From an uncultured Thermoleophilia bacterium (GTDB taxonomy: Bacteria > Actinomycetota > Thermoleophilia > UBA2241), in assembly GCA_963707335.1 (NCBI GenBank), contig CAVPQD010000016.1, positions 815 through 64,814 on the forward strand: a stretch of 64,000 bases of DNA, read 5' to 3'. Positions 33,901 through 42,218 of the stretch are shown here, piece after piece; within the stretch, counting starts at the first letter, position 1; every line of letters starts with the position of its first letter. The notes below the pieces were generated by a model. The model was given only the letters and a program-made list of their open reading frames with translations, did not search any database and was not told where the DNA came from. A program made the position numbers and the translations under genes.

Positions 33901-35232
33901 CAAAGAAGCATGGACGAGCGCCTCAGCGTCCGTCTGCAACGCGTGTCCGGCGAGATCGGCGACGATCCCATCGAGCCATGCCAGACGCCGCGACAGCATG
34001 GCTTCATCCCTGCTGTCAGCCAGCGCCAGGGCGCCCACGGCGGCGGCGGCCTCGATAAACGCGAGCTCGCCCGGCTCATAGCTCGTGTCACTCGCGCTGT
34101 AGACCTCGAGCAGTCCGACCGGCTCGTTGCCCAGCCGCAGACCCGCTCTGACGACGCGGATGGCCTGGCTCGGCCCGCGGCGCGCCGGTGCGCCCGCCGC
34201 GGCGGGTTCGCTCTCCGGCAGGAGCCACTCGACCGGCTGTCCGCCGGCGATGATCGCCGTGAGTCCGTCGACAGCGGCGGCATCGTAGACAAGGCCCTCG
34301 GTGGCGGGCGTCTCGTCGGAAGCGGCCACGAGCAAGGTCACGGTCCCATCCGCAGGGTCATACGCCGAGATGTCGCATGCGAGAGCGCCGAGCTCGGTGC
34401 GCAGGCGTTCGCCGAGCGCACGCAGCAGGCGCAGCCGATCGATCGGACCGGCCGTGTCTGGCGGCGACACGACCACGGGTGGCGCCGGGGCGACCGACAG
34501 AGCCACGGCGGGATCGAGCGCCGGGACCTGATGCGGCGGCGCTCCGCGGTCGTCGCCCGCAACAAGGTCGCCGGCTTGGCGCGCAACGAATTCGGCGAAC
34601 GCGACGTTGGCGCCGGTGAAGGAGCGCGCTCCACCGCCCTCAGCCAGCTCCATGACGCCGGAGATGCGCCCCGCGCTGATCATCGGCAGCGCCAGGATGG
34701 CCCTGTGGCCGCGCCGGCGATAGGTCTCGGCAGCCGCCGGCGGCACCAGGTTCGTGGCGTCGAGATCGGCGATGACCATGCGTCTGCCCGTGCGCAGCAC
34801 CTCGCGGGCGACCCAGTCATCCTGCGCGCCGGCCGATCCGCTGTCGCGCGCCATGCCGTCGCGGCCGTAGTCGCCGGCGACGATGAAGGTGTGATCGCCC
34901 GTCGTCAACAGGAATCGGCAGGAGCCCACACCCACGCCGTCCGCAGCGAGACGCGCCATCGTGGAGAGCGGAGCCTGCAGCCGGGCCGGCTCCCAGCCCC
35001 CGGGGTGGCGCGCCTCGTTCGCGACGTGAAGAGGCGGGTCGCCGGCGGTCTGCGCGCAAAGGAGCGTCTCAACATCGCGACGACGGTACCGGCGGTGACC
35101 GCCGGGACTGCGGTAGCAGGTGAGCTTGCCTGCGTCGCTCCAGCGCCGCAGGGTGTTGATGCTGATGCCGAGGAGCGCCGCCGCCTCACTCAGGCGCAGC
35201 CAGCTATCTCCGTCCGCGCGACCGATCCTCAT
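27994..35232 (-). CDS. Giant multidomain c-di-GMP signalling protein (2412 aa): MerR-type HTH, about 10 tandem GAF domains, HD-GYP, an unassigned sensor-like domain, GGDEF, and a degenerate HD-GYP-like tail
   Basis: ATG 35232 lies 5 nt after GGGGAG. The HTH is LRLSEAAALLGISINTLRRWSDAGKLTCYRSPGGHRRYRRRDVETLL. GAF units recur about every 170 aa. The HD-GYP motifs are HDIGK (29779-29793) and HHHEHYEGGGYPDG. The GGDEF domain has GGEEF (28633-28647) with an RHVD I-site 5 residues upstream. The ORF is uninterrupted over 7.2 kb. Confidence 0.9.
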   Translation of the reverse strand: MRIGRADGDSWLRLSEAAALLGISINTLRRWSDAGKLTCYRSPGGHRRYRRRDVETLLCAQTAGDPPLHVANEARHPGGWEPARLQAPLSTMARLAADGVGVGSCRFLLTTGDHTFIVAGDYGRDGMARDSGSAGAQDDWVAREVLRTGRRMVIADLDATNLVPPAAAETYRRRGHRAILALPMISAGRISGVMELAEGGGARSFTGANVAFAEFVARQAGDLVAGDDRGAPPHQVPALDPAVALSVAPAPPVVVSPPDTAGPIDRLRLLRALGERLRTELGALACDISAYDPADGTVTLLVAASDETPATEGLVYDAAAVDGLTAIIAGGQPVEWLLPESEPAAAGAPARRGPSQAIRVVRAGLRLGNEPVGLLEVYSASDTSYEPGELAFIEAAAAVGALALADSRDEAMLSRRLAWLDGIVADLAGHALQTDAEALVHASLDALAEHPDICSCTLYHLQDARLVPTAWSPAGRPVPESLTLGAPAAAAEAIAGGATVAVTGGPGLDDATRRFLEDRGLTGATFRPLRYGDSVVGLLEAGTAQPAGLDSWRPILDVVADSLAAALGSGDVIDRLQRRNRDLALVIEAGLEDTARLSTDEVLHSVVRRLAELTHSPVADIYAVESDTLRALVSFDGGAFDDEWEGVVIPLSRYPCSRRAAETGEIAVAASLDDPVLGPDGRYSLEKWGYQSQLSMPLIAAGRVLGLVELSDYVPRDFDAELELIRGLGQVAAHALENATLFDQVERRSRILNELVDLGALASRSRDVDALVRRMAERLLRAIDAANCDIFQVSAEGLQCVASYDRSGFDDQPVGRILDPDSYPTLVTTMNAHEVLVINGYDDPKLSESERRIYREYGFASEVCIPLVVNDRLYGIIDMYDTRERDYTEYLGFLRSVGQTLAGALESSILFGQIEQRTNVLREIVELGAITSQTHDPQELLRTIAARLRDTIQAADCDIFTLQGDQLRCLVSADLNGFDERVVGDVLDVDRFPATAMAVHSGEPMIISSLGDPRLTAYERENYAAYGFQSELCIPLVVGESVIGLIDVFDTKPRDYAAFLDYLRSVGQMAAGAIENALLVDELERRNAALAELVELGRAVSGTVDLDDMVRSVGPRIVELMGAAGCQLFTLQHERLRCVLTYENGVYEDDYVGRPLDLDQFPSTRDALERREVLVIPSPDDERLSDYERELYRESASASEICVPLAVEDRVVGLLEVYDTRRRDYAEYRDFLVNAAQTLAGAFENALLLERLEQSNAMLNLLVESGLEFGATLELDPVLQSVARRLCAVTDAPNCDIYTIQDDEFRCVACVDKGTADASYVGTVYPLADLPLSSGAVRTQEPLLVTDIAEDARLSTHERDEDLRWGHRAKLELPLVSRGQVVGIAAIYDDHPRDFEHLDLLQSLAQVAANALANATLFERLDRSADRMALVTDVSYELSSSLDLGEVLRSTANRLCAVADMPMCDIYTLQGDTLVDVVSVADGKIDHEWQGRSFPLEGWATLRRAVETRQPVSIETLDDPLLLPDERALMESYGETSELAVPLISKERVIGVLELLDRRSPRSFSPEEIDTVSAVCRVAALAIDNANLVENLQLRNRENELLNEIAWATSASLNLPDIAAAAIDKLRRITPFDRGLVALRRDDQTFDVAYVTQPRSSAVPETLSIPMANGLLGRLRDEKVIALALPADLPAGFELPGVDELRSAALIALTKGTELIGVLSLGSLAPSTFETVDRHLLERTGTHLALAIDNARMYEDIKHLHLSNLKALSSALNAKDYYTLGHAARVAAYMVLLGEALGWPVDLLRQVEEAAYLHDIGKIGVSDRVLLKPSGLNAREWELMRQHPIFSADIIRSLFSDELVLGVRHHHEHYEGGGYPDGLAGEDIPLIARAMCVVDSYDAMSFRRPYRQGLSYEECLAELKRCRGTQFDPDMVDSFIAVLRRLAEGRQQARQVARDAAARVDPEEHARLRSPGDEKRPEYGHILEAFREVCVANPPTRFISSHVRIGKKTVVVVDSGQDGPGKPRIGDEVLTDDELVEVFAGRDLDVNVLFVDQWGVWISGTAPVLDQDGRVVAAVTADIPATEEIGEFEGLRSSVAQAFASMLHTAAVQAGRSEIEAITDGLTGLYNHRYFHERLSEEIERCLDQDGRVSLLFCDLDNFRAFNEVHGHSAGDEALRAVARVIESSIRHVDIAARFGGEEFAAILIDTDEQGALEVAERIRAGILGAKVAAADSLSISIGVASCPADAMFKEELIDKADWAMYLAKRRGRDQVMSFSAQHGTDTPEQAASVTSSYVAAMSELVAARDAYERRRRYAVAHLAQAVASELGLDGRDLRAMASLAETDSPRGLTGTGREVVELAVAYQAMVAERPYREQLSEAEALDELLNCPALRDDRHLAAAFERVLSGEVRSR

Positions 35233-35331
35233 GTGCTCCCCAGGAGTCGTGATGACTCTGAAGTTCATCAATTCTCAGGGAGAACCCTTGTCCTGTGTCG
35301 ACCCAGGTGAGCAGATTGGGGGAGACTTCGC

Positions 35332-35363
35332 CGCCTGGGCAGGCTAGTCAGCCTGCCCAGGCG
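35332..35363 (-). terminator. 14-bp perfect hairpin 42 nt downstream of the mrp stop
   Basis: cgcctgggcaggct-agtc-agcctgcccaggcg. It separates mrp from the promoter region of the giant gene. Confidence 0.6.
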
Positions 35364-35404
35364 GCAGCGTTGTCAGGCGCGCCTACGCTTGTCGCCGTAC
35401 GCTG

Positions 35405-36478
35405 TCAGGCGTCAGCCGCCGCCGTGGGGTCCGAGAGCGCCCTGGCGATGTCGGCGAAGGCCGCGCCGACCGGTGAGGCCGGGTCCAGGGCGGCGGGACG
35501 GCCTACATCGCCGCCCTCGCGCGTGGCCTCGTCCAGCGGTATGCGGCCGAGCAGCCGCGTGTCCATGAGGCGCGCGATCTCGAAGGCTCCGCCCCTGCCG
35601 AAGATGTGGTGGCGGGCGTTGCAGTTCGGGCAGACGAAGTACGACATGTTCTCCACCACGCCGACCACGCTGTGATGTGTCATCTGCGCCATCTTTGCAG
35701 CCTTGACCGCCACCTTTGCGGCGGCCTCCTGAGGCGTGGTCACGATGAGTATCTCAGCTCCGGGGATCATCTGCGCGATGGTCAAGGCGATGTCGCCGGT
35801 GCCCGGCGGGAGATCGATGAGCAGGAAGTCCGGGCTCCCCCAGAGCACATCGCCGAGGAACTGCTCGATGGCGCGGCCAAGCATCGGCCCGCGCCACACC
35901 ACCGGCTCGTTGTCGGGCAGGAAGAAGCCCATGGACACGAGCTTCACGCCGTGCGCCTCCGGCGGGATCATCTTGCCGTCATGACTGGCCGGAGCGACGG
36001 CGGGCAGCCCCATCATGAGGGGGATGGTCGGCCCGTATACGTCGGCGTCGATGAGCGCGACGGCCCGCTCTTGCTGAGCCAGCGCGACGGCGAGATTGGC
36101 AGTCACGGTGGACTTTCCGACACCGCCTTTGCCGCTGGCCACGGCGATCGTACGGGTCTTGGAGCCGGGGCCGAACAGTGTCTGGATGAGCTGCCCTCGG
36201 CCCTTGAGCCTTGCCCCCAGGGCGTTGCGCTCCTCGCATGACATGGCATCCAGCTTCACCTCCACCCTGCGGCCGCCGGCGACCTCATTGAGCGCCTGCT
36301 CGGCTTGGGCGCGGATCTCGTTGCGCAGGGGACACCCCGCGGTGGTGAGTACGATCGTCGCCCCCACGCGCTCATCGTCGGCGACGATGTCTCGCACCAT
36401 CCCCAGCTCGACGATGCTGCGCTGCAGTTCCGGGTCTTGTACGGTCGCGAGAGCGCGTCGGACGTCTTCGTGCGTCAA
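35405..36478 (-). CDS. mrp: Mrp/ApbC/NBP35-family Fe-S cluster carrier ATPase with an N-terminal DUF59 domain
   Basis: DUF59 is LATVQDPELQRSIVELGMV. The P-loop is ASGKGGVGKST. The CPNC motif (FVCPNCNARHHIFG) is present. Confidence 0.92.
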   Translation of the reverse strand: MTHEDVRRALATVQDPELQRSIVELGMVRDIVADDERVGATIVLTTAGCPLRNEIRAQAEQALNEVAGGRRVEVKLDAMSCEERNALGARLKGRGQLIQTLFGPGSKTRTIAVASGKGGVGKSTVTANLAVALAQQERAVALIDADVYGPTIPLMMGLPAVAPASHDGKMIPPEAHGVKLVSMGFFLPDNEPVVWRGPMLGRAIEQFLGDVLWGSPDFLLIDLPPGTGDIALTIAQMIPGAEILIVTTPQEAAAKVAVKAAKMAQMTHHSVVGVVENMSYFVCPNCNARHHIFGRGGAFEIARLMDTRLLGRIPLDEATREGGDVGRPAALDPASPVGAAFADIARALSDPTAAADA

Positions 36479-36683
36479 TTCACACCTCCGAAATGGTGGG
36501 TCTCAGCCACGGTGGTACCCCGGCCGGGCGGCCGGCAGTCGGCGCTCGATTGTAGCAGGAGGCTCGCTGAGCCCTTCACAGCTTTCGCGGAAGCTGTTCA
36601 CAGGTTCTTCAAAGTACTGCGCTAGGGTCGGCGGGCATCGCTGAGGCGACGAGCCGGCGGGCTCACCGAAGGAGTGAGGAGAC

Positions 36684-37142
36684 ATGAGGCACTGGAAGAC
36701 GCTGGCGGTGGCGGCCGTGGTCGCCGTGATCGCCCTTTCGATCGTGGCGGTCGCTTACGCCCAGACGGGCAAGCGCGACGGGGCACAGCGACGAGGGGCC
36801 TGCGGGGCGCTCATGAGCAATCCCAAGGCGCTCCAGGCCATGCGGGAACTGCGCGTCGAGCATCAGAAGGAGATGCAGGCATGGCGCGACAAGTACGGCG
36901 CGGACCCGAGCACGGCTGAGGCCCAGAACGCACTACGGCAGCTGCGGCAGGAGCACTGGAACGACATGCGGGCGCTGCTGAAGGAGTCCGGCGTTGACGC
37001 GCCGGACGGCCTCGGCCACGGCATGATGGGCGCCGGCAGCCGCGCGGGCTGCGGTCTCACGGGCGGCGGTTGCGGCGGCTCCGGAACGGGCGGCGGCACA
37101 GGCGCCGGCTACGGCGGCGGCATGATGGGTACCACCTACTGA
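36684..37142 (+). CDS. Secreted/anchored small protein with two helical LRxxHxxxM repeats and a Gly/Met-rich tail; unknown function (CpxP/Spy-like flavour)
   Basis: RBS GGAGTGAGGAG. Signal/anchor is MRHWKTLAVAAVVAVIALSIVAVAYA. The repeats are ALQAMRELRVEHQKEMQAWRDKYG and ALRQLRQEHWNDMRALLKESG. The tail is GGGCGGSGTGGGTGAGYGGGMMG. Confidence 0.65.
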   Translation: MRHWKTLAVAAVVAVIALSIVAVAYAQTGKRDGAQRRGACGALMSNPKALQAMRELRVEHQKEMQAWRDKYGADPSTAEAQNALRQLRQEHWNDMRALLKESGVDAPDGLGHGMMGAGSRAGCGLTGGGCGGSGTGGGTGAGYGGGMMGTTY

Positions 37143-37185
37143 TCCACGCCGCGCCGCCTCGCCTCGCGGTATCGAGGCACACGAA

Positions 37186-37201
37186 CGTTTCACGTGAAAC
37201 A
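37186..37201. promoter_or_regulatory. parS centromere-like site (ParB binding site)
   Basis: cGTTTCACGTGAAACa. The 14-bp core GTTTCACGTGAAAC is a perfect palindrome identical to the Firmicute/Actinobacterial parS consensus (tGTTTCACGTGAAACa), a 15/16 match. It lies in a convergent intergenic spacer. It was the only such site found in a manual scan of the window. Confidence 0.8.
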
Positions 37202-37213
37202 TGCGCCGGAGAC

Positions 37214-37245
37214 GCAGAAGGGGCCCCGCGCGGGGCCCCTTCTGC
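37214..37245. terminator. 14-bp perfect GC hairpin between convergent genes (bidirectional terminator candidate)
   Basis: gcagaaggggcccc-gcgc-ggggccccttctgc. Confidence 0.6.
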
Positions 37246-37380
37246 TGCAGCCTGAAGGCGTGCAGCGCGGTCGATGCGCCGGAGGCGCAGGCGCCCTGCC
37301 CGGAAGCTCAGTACGGCGGCGAGCTAGCGCGTGGCGTCGCACTTCGCTCTCCCGGCCGTGCTTCGTGACGCTGCGCTGCT

Positions 37381-38454
37381 TCAGGCCTTCAGACCGACAG
37401 GCTCGGGGTTGCCGGCGCCCGTGGCGTAGGTCTCCTTGAAGATCTCCATGAGCATCGGGCTCTCGCGCACGACTTCGAGCGAGATCACCGCGTGGTCCTT
37501 GGTGTAACCGTTGCCGATGATCATGAGCGTGTCCGCGCCGATGCCCTCAGCGCCAAGGGCCGCGGACGTGAAGCTCGTGGCCATGCTGAAGAAGTAGACC
37601 GTCCCGTCGTCCTTGGTGGCGAGGACCGAGGCCATCTCGGTGTTCGGGATGTCGACGCAGTTGATGGTGAGGTCTGCCATCTCGCCGTTCGTGGCCTTCT
37701 TGACCTCGTCGTAGACGAACAGCTGGTCGGTCGCCGAGCCCTGGATGATGACGTCCGCGAAACCTGCCTTCTCGAGGCGCTTCTTGCCGGCGTCGCCGTG
37801 CACGAGGCAGATGACCTTGCCGGTGGGCTTGACGCGCTTCTTGGCCTCGTAGGCGCAAAGCAGGCCGCTCTTGCCGCCGGCGCCGATGATGAACACGGTC
37901 TGACCCGGCTTGCTGAGCTTCGCGGCCTGAGCCGGGGCGCCCGCCACGTCGAGGATAGCCAGCGCGAGCGCCTCGTCCATGTCGGCCGGCATCTTCGCGT
38001 AGATGCCGGTCTCGAACAGGATCGCCTGCCCCTTCACCTTCACCTGGCAGGTGTCCTTGTTGACCGAGATGACCTCATCGACCTTGAGCGGCGTCAGGGA
38101 GAGAGACACGAGGGTGGCGATGCGGTCGCCGACCTTGAGATCACGGTCCTTGAGCTTGGGGCCGATCTCCTTGATCGTGCCGAGCAGCATGCCGCCCGAG
38201 CCTGTGTCGGGATTGTGATGCTTGCCGCGCTTCGCGATGATGTCGAGGCTGTGTCTGGCCATCTTGTGCACGTCGCCGCCCTCGGCCTCCTCGATCTGCG
38301 TGAAGCTCGCCGCGTCGATGTTGAGTGTGTCGACCTCGATGAGGAGCTCGTTGTCGTAGATCTCCATGGTGTTGTCGATCTTCCACGCCGGCTGCGGCAG
38401 CACGCCCTTGGGCTCGAGGACCCTGTGCGCGCCGAACTTGTTGCCTTCCTTCAT
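37381..38454 (-). CDS. kdd: L-erythro-3,5-diaminohexanoate dehydrogenase
   Basis: ATG 38454 follows GGGGAGGGAG. The protein is about 357 aa. Contains NKFGAHRVLEPKGVLPQPAWKIDN...LLIEVDTLNIDAASF...HHNPDTGSGGMLLGT...FIIGAGGKSGLL. This matches my recollection of Kdd, and the gene sits next to kamDE. Confidence 0.8.
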   Translation of the reverse strand: MKEGNKFGAHRVLEPKGVLPQPAWKIDNTMEIYDNELLIEVDTLNIDAASFTQIEEAEGGDVHKMARHSLDIIAKRGKHHNPDTGSGGMLLGTIKEIGPKLKDRDLKVGDRIATLVSLSLTPLKVDEVISVNKDTCQVKVKGQAILFETGIYAKMPADMDEALALAILDVAGAPAQAAKLSKPGQTVFIIGAGGKSGLLCAYEAKKRVKPTGKVICLVHGDAGKKRLEKAGFADVIIQGSATDQLFVYDEVKKATNGEMADLTINCVDIPNTEMASVLATKDDGTVYFFSMATSFTSAALGAEGIGADTLMIIGNGYTKDHAVISLEVVRESPMLMEIFKETYATGAGNPEPVGLKA

Positions 38455-38551
38455 GTCCGCTCTCCCTCCCCGTCGAGGCAACAGCCCGCGCGCGGTCGGC
38501 TCACACGGCCTTCGCGCGCGGGCTCTCGTCCTCGATCCCTGGCTGTTCCGG

Positions 38552-39748
38552 TCAGCCTTCTACCTTGATGATCGAACCGGCGCCCTGGCCACCGCCCACG
38601 CAGGCGCCCGTGAGGCCGATCTCGTGGCCGCGCTTCTTCAGCTCGTGGATGAGCGTGACGATCATGCGCGTGCCGGTGTTGCCCAGCGGATGACCGAGCG
38701 CGACCGCCCCGCCGTTGACGTTGACGATGTCGGGGTCGAGTTCGAGCTCGCGCATGGCGAGCGCTGCCACGCAGGCGAACGCCTCGTTGAGCTCGACGAG
38801 CTGCACGTCTTTGACCGTGAGCCCAGCCTTGTCGAGAGCCTTCTGGGCGGCTACGGTCTCGCCGAAGCCCATGATCGCCGGGTCCACGGCCGCCGTCGCA
38901 TAGCTGACGAGCTGAGCGATGGGCTTGAGACCAAGCTCGTCCGCCTTCTTGCGCGACGTCACGACCAGCGCGCTGGCGCCATCGGCGATGGCCGAGGCGT
39001 TGCCGGCCGTCACCACGCCGCCGTCCTTCTTGAACACGGGCTTGAGGCCGGCGAGGGCCTCCGGCGTCGTCTCGCGCGGGCACTCGTCGGTGTCGACGAT
39101 CTTGGGGTCGCCCTTGCGCTGCGGGACCACGACCGGCACGATCTCGTCCTTGAACCTGCCGCTCTTGACGGCCGCGGTCGCGTTGAGCTGGCTCCTATAG
39201 GCGACCTCGTTCTGCAGCTCCTTGCTGATGCCGAAGCGCTCGCTGAGGTTCTCGGCGGTGACGCCCATGTGGGTGCCGTCGACGCCGCACCACAGCCCGT
39301 CCAGGACCATCGCGTCGAACATCTGCTCGGACGGCATGCCCATGCGGTAGCCGCTGCGGCCGTTCAGCAGCAGCCACGGCGCGCGCGTCATGTTCTCGGT
39401 GCCGCCGACGAGGTAGATCTCGCCGTCTCCGGCCTTGATGGCCGCCGCGGCCATGGCGAGCGCCGAGGCGCTCGACACGCACACGCGGTTGACCGTGATG
39501 GCCGGGACGGTCTCGGGGATGCCGGCCTTCAGTTCGGCCTGGCGGGCGGGGTTCTGACCCAGTCCGGCCTGGATGACGTTGCCGAAGATGACCTCGTCCA
39601 GCTGCTCGCCTTTGACGCCGGCGCGATCCAGCGCCTCTTTCATGGCGATGGCGCCCAATTCCTGGGCCGGGGTGGTGGCGAACCCGCCCTGGAAGCGCCC
39701 TTGGGCAGTGCGGACGGCCGACAGGATGACTACATCGTTCTCAGACAC
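38552..39748 (-). CDS. Acetyl-CoA C-acetyltransferase (thiolase II)
   Basis: 398 aa. Contains VNRVCVSS (active-site Cys region), [15 protein letters not shown] and CVGGGQG. Confidence 0.92.
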   Translation of the reverse strand: MSENDVVILSAVRTAQGRFQGGFATTPAQELGAIAMKEALDRAGVKGEQLDEVIFGNVIQAGLGQNPARQAELKAGIPETVPAITVNRVCVSSASALAMAAAAIKAGDGEIYLVGGTENMTRAPWLLLNGRSGYRMGMPSEQMFDAMVLDGLWCGVDGTHMGVTAENLSERFGISKELQNEVAYRSQLNATAAVKSGRFKDEIVPVVVPQRKGDPKIVDTDECPRETTPEALAGLKPVFKKDGGVVTAGNASAIADGASALVVTSRKKADELGLKPIAQLVSYATAAVDPAIMGFGETVAAQKALDKAGLTVKDVQLVELNEAFACVAALAMRELELDPDIVNVNGGAVALGHPLGNTGTRMIVTLIHELKKRGHEIGLTGACVGGGQGAGSIIKVEG

Positions 39749-39856
39749 TCTTGTCCTCCTCGTGTCTCTGCGTGTACGTCTGCAGCCCCCGCCGCGAGAT
39801 CACGCTCTGCATCTGGACACAGGTTGATGATGGTGTTTCTGGTTGATGGTACGTCG

Positions 39857-40591
39857 TCAGGCCCGCTGATGCCGACGGACGACCTCCTGGGCCATGAACG
39901 ACGCCACTTCGAGCGGCGTGGTCCGCGGCCCGAAGCCGGCGTCGTAGCCGAGTTCCTTGGCGAACGCGTTGCTGATGCGCGGGCCGCCGACGATGAGCAC
40001 GAAGCGCTCGCGCACACCCTCGGCCTCGAGCAGCTCGATGAGCTGCGTGAGGTGCTGCACATGGATGTCCTTCTGCGTGACGATCTGCGACACGAGGATG
40101 ACGTCCGCGTGCCGCCCGAGCGCAGTCTTGAGCAGCTGCGCGCAGGGGATCTGCGAGCCCATGTTGAGCGCATCCATCTCCGGGTAGCGCTCCAGCCCGT
40201 AGTTCCCGGCGAAGCCCTTCATGTTCATGATGGCGTCGATGCCCACGGTGTGGGCGTCGCTCTCGATGGCGGCGCCGACGACGACCAGCTTGCGGCCCAG
40301 CTTCTCCTTGATGAGGCTGTTGATGGCGTAGTAGTCCATCTCCTCGACCTCAAGGTAGTCGCCTTTCACCTCGTCCGGGTCGATACCGACGTCCGTGCGC
40401 CCGTAGGCGACGTAGAAGGTGTACGAAGGGTCGATGGCTTTGCACTCGGCGATGCCCACGGTGTGGAAGCCGATCTTCTCCAGGAACTGCTTGCCCACGT
40501 CGGCGGCCTTGACCGAGTAGGGGACGGGCAGGGTGAAGGAGAACTGGACGACACCGTCATCACGAGTATCACCATACGGTCTAACTAGCAT
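39857..40591 (-). CDS. kamE: Beta-lysine (D-lysine) 5,6-aminomutase beta subunit, B12-binding
   Basis: ATG 40591 lies 5 nt after AAGGGGG and overlaps the end of kamD. Contains LVRPYGDTRDDGVVQFSFTLPV and the cobalamin-binding domain with the DxHxxG-like ESDAHTVGID. Confidence 0.85.
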   Translation of the reverse strand: MLVRPYGDTRDDGVVQFSFTLPVPYSVKAADVGKQFLEKIGFHTVGIAECKAIDPSYTFYVAYGRTDVGIDPDEVKGDYLEVEEMDYYAINSLIKEKLGRKLVVVGAAIESDAHTVGIDAIMNMKGFAGNYGLERYPEMDALNMGSQIPCAQLLKTALGRHADVILVSQIVTQKDIHVQHLTQLIELLEAEGVRERFVLIVGGPRISNAFAKELGYDAGFGPRTTPLEVASFMAQEVVRRHQRA

Positions 40592-42204
40592 CAGTGCCCC
40601 CTTCACTCGTCGGACCGGGGCCGGCGGCGGGTCCCACGGGTGCGCCGCTCATGCGCCCGTCGCGCAGCGCCGCGAAGAACGGGTTGAAGTAGTCGTCGCT
40701 GACCTTGAAGACGCCCTCGTAGCCGCGGCCCCCCCGCGGGTCGCGCTTCACGTCGGCGAACTCGCCGTCCTCCAGGGCCTTGAACAGGCCGATCTCCGTG
40801 ACGTGTTCGAGCTGCTCGACCGCTTTCCCGAGCTGGTCGTTGGCCCGCCGCTCGATGACGCCGCCTGCCTTGAAGGCGACCTCGTCGGCGAGGTCGCGCG
40901 CCCCTTCGAACACGTACTTTGCGTTCTTGATGGAGAGGTAGCGGTCCTGGAGCAGAGGGGTGTGCAGGGCCTCCGTGAGCATGCCGAGGAGCATGATCTC
41001 CTGGCCCGTGAAGATGCCGGTGAAGTTGAACATGCCGTCGATGATGTGCCCCTGGAAGATGTCGCCGGGCATGTACTTGGTGGGCGGCATGTACTTGAGC
41101 GGATAACCGGGGAACAGTTGCCGGATGAGCTGCGCGTCGGCGATCTGGTAGACGACCTGATCGGGCATCGAGGGGTCGATCTCGAACGCATGCCCCAGGC
41201 CGATCTGCCACGGCTCGAGGTTGGCGCGCAGGGCGAAGGCCTCGTTGATGAAGTCCGAGCTGACGACTGTGTAGCCCTTCTCGAAGGCGTCCGCCGTAGT
41301 CAGATAGTTGTCCTCGCCGGTGTTGATGATGATGCCGGCACGCGCGTTGATGAGTCGCGACAGGTACTGGTCGACGAACGTGCGCTGCATGTTGATGTTG
41401 CGGAAGATGATCCCGTACATCGAGTCGTTCAGCATCATGTCCAGCCGCTCGAGAGCGCCCATGGTCGCGATCTCGGGCATGCACAGGCCGCTCGCGTAGT
41501 TACACAGGCGGATGTAGCGGCCGAGCTCGTCGCCGACCTCGTCCAGGGCCGCACGCATGAGCCGGAAGTTCTCCTGGGTGGCGTACGTGCCGCCGAAGCC
41601 CTCGGTGGTCTCGCCGTACGGCACGTAGTCCAGCAGGCTCTGCGCCGTGGTGCGGATGACTGCGATCACGTCCGCACCGGCGCGGGCCGCGGCCTTGGCC
41701 TGCTCCGCGTCCTCGTAGATGTTCCCGGTGGCGACGATGACGTACACGTATGGCTTGCGCGGCTCTCCCGTGTGCGCGACAAGCTCGTTGCGTCGCCGGC
41801 GCACCGCGTCGACGCGGGAGACGCCCTCGCGGGCGAGCTCCCCGGCGCGCGCCTCTGCGGCGGCGCGCCGGTCCGCCGGCACCGGCTCGAGCGTCAGTTC
41901 GCCGGCCGACACGCCCTGAGCCACCTGCTGTGCGGTCTTGCCGGTCGCGCAGCATGAGGTCGACGAAAGGCCGCATGATACCGCCGGGCAGCAGATCGCG
42001 CGCGTGCTCGACCACGACGTTCACGAGCGGCACGTCGATCTCGTTGACCCCGACGATGCCGAGAAGGCGCAGCGTGGCGCGCTCGGTCGTGTCCGTCGTG
42101 TGCTCCTCGATGTGCTGCTGGATGTCATCGGCGATGGCGTCCGCCGCCGCCCGGGCGCGTTCGACCAGGCCGGCGTCCAGCTGGAGCGCGTTGTTCACTT
42201 CCAC
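40581..42204 (-). pseudogene. kamD: Beta-lysine (D-lysine) 5,6-aminomutase alpha subunit, one frameshift near 41945
   Basis: The N-terminal 90 aa (MEVNNALQLDAGLVERARAAADAIADDIQQHIEEH...RPFVDLML) are in one frame. GKTAQQVAQGVSAGELTLEP...TGNIYEDAEQAKAAARAGADVIAVIRTTAQSLLDYVPYG...INTGEDNYLTTADA is in the next. Confidence 0.85.
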
Positions 42205-42218
42205 ACCACCCTCTTTCG

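Noticed and set aside
28837-35310. Plus-strand ORFs of 692 aa (28837-30915), 485 aa (33853-35310) and several smaller ones inside the giant gene.
   Set aside because: They have the same shadow-ORF composition. The minus strand carries consecutive intact GAF, HD-GYP and GGDEF motifs in one frame.
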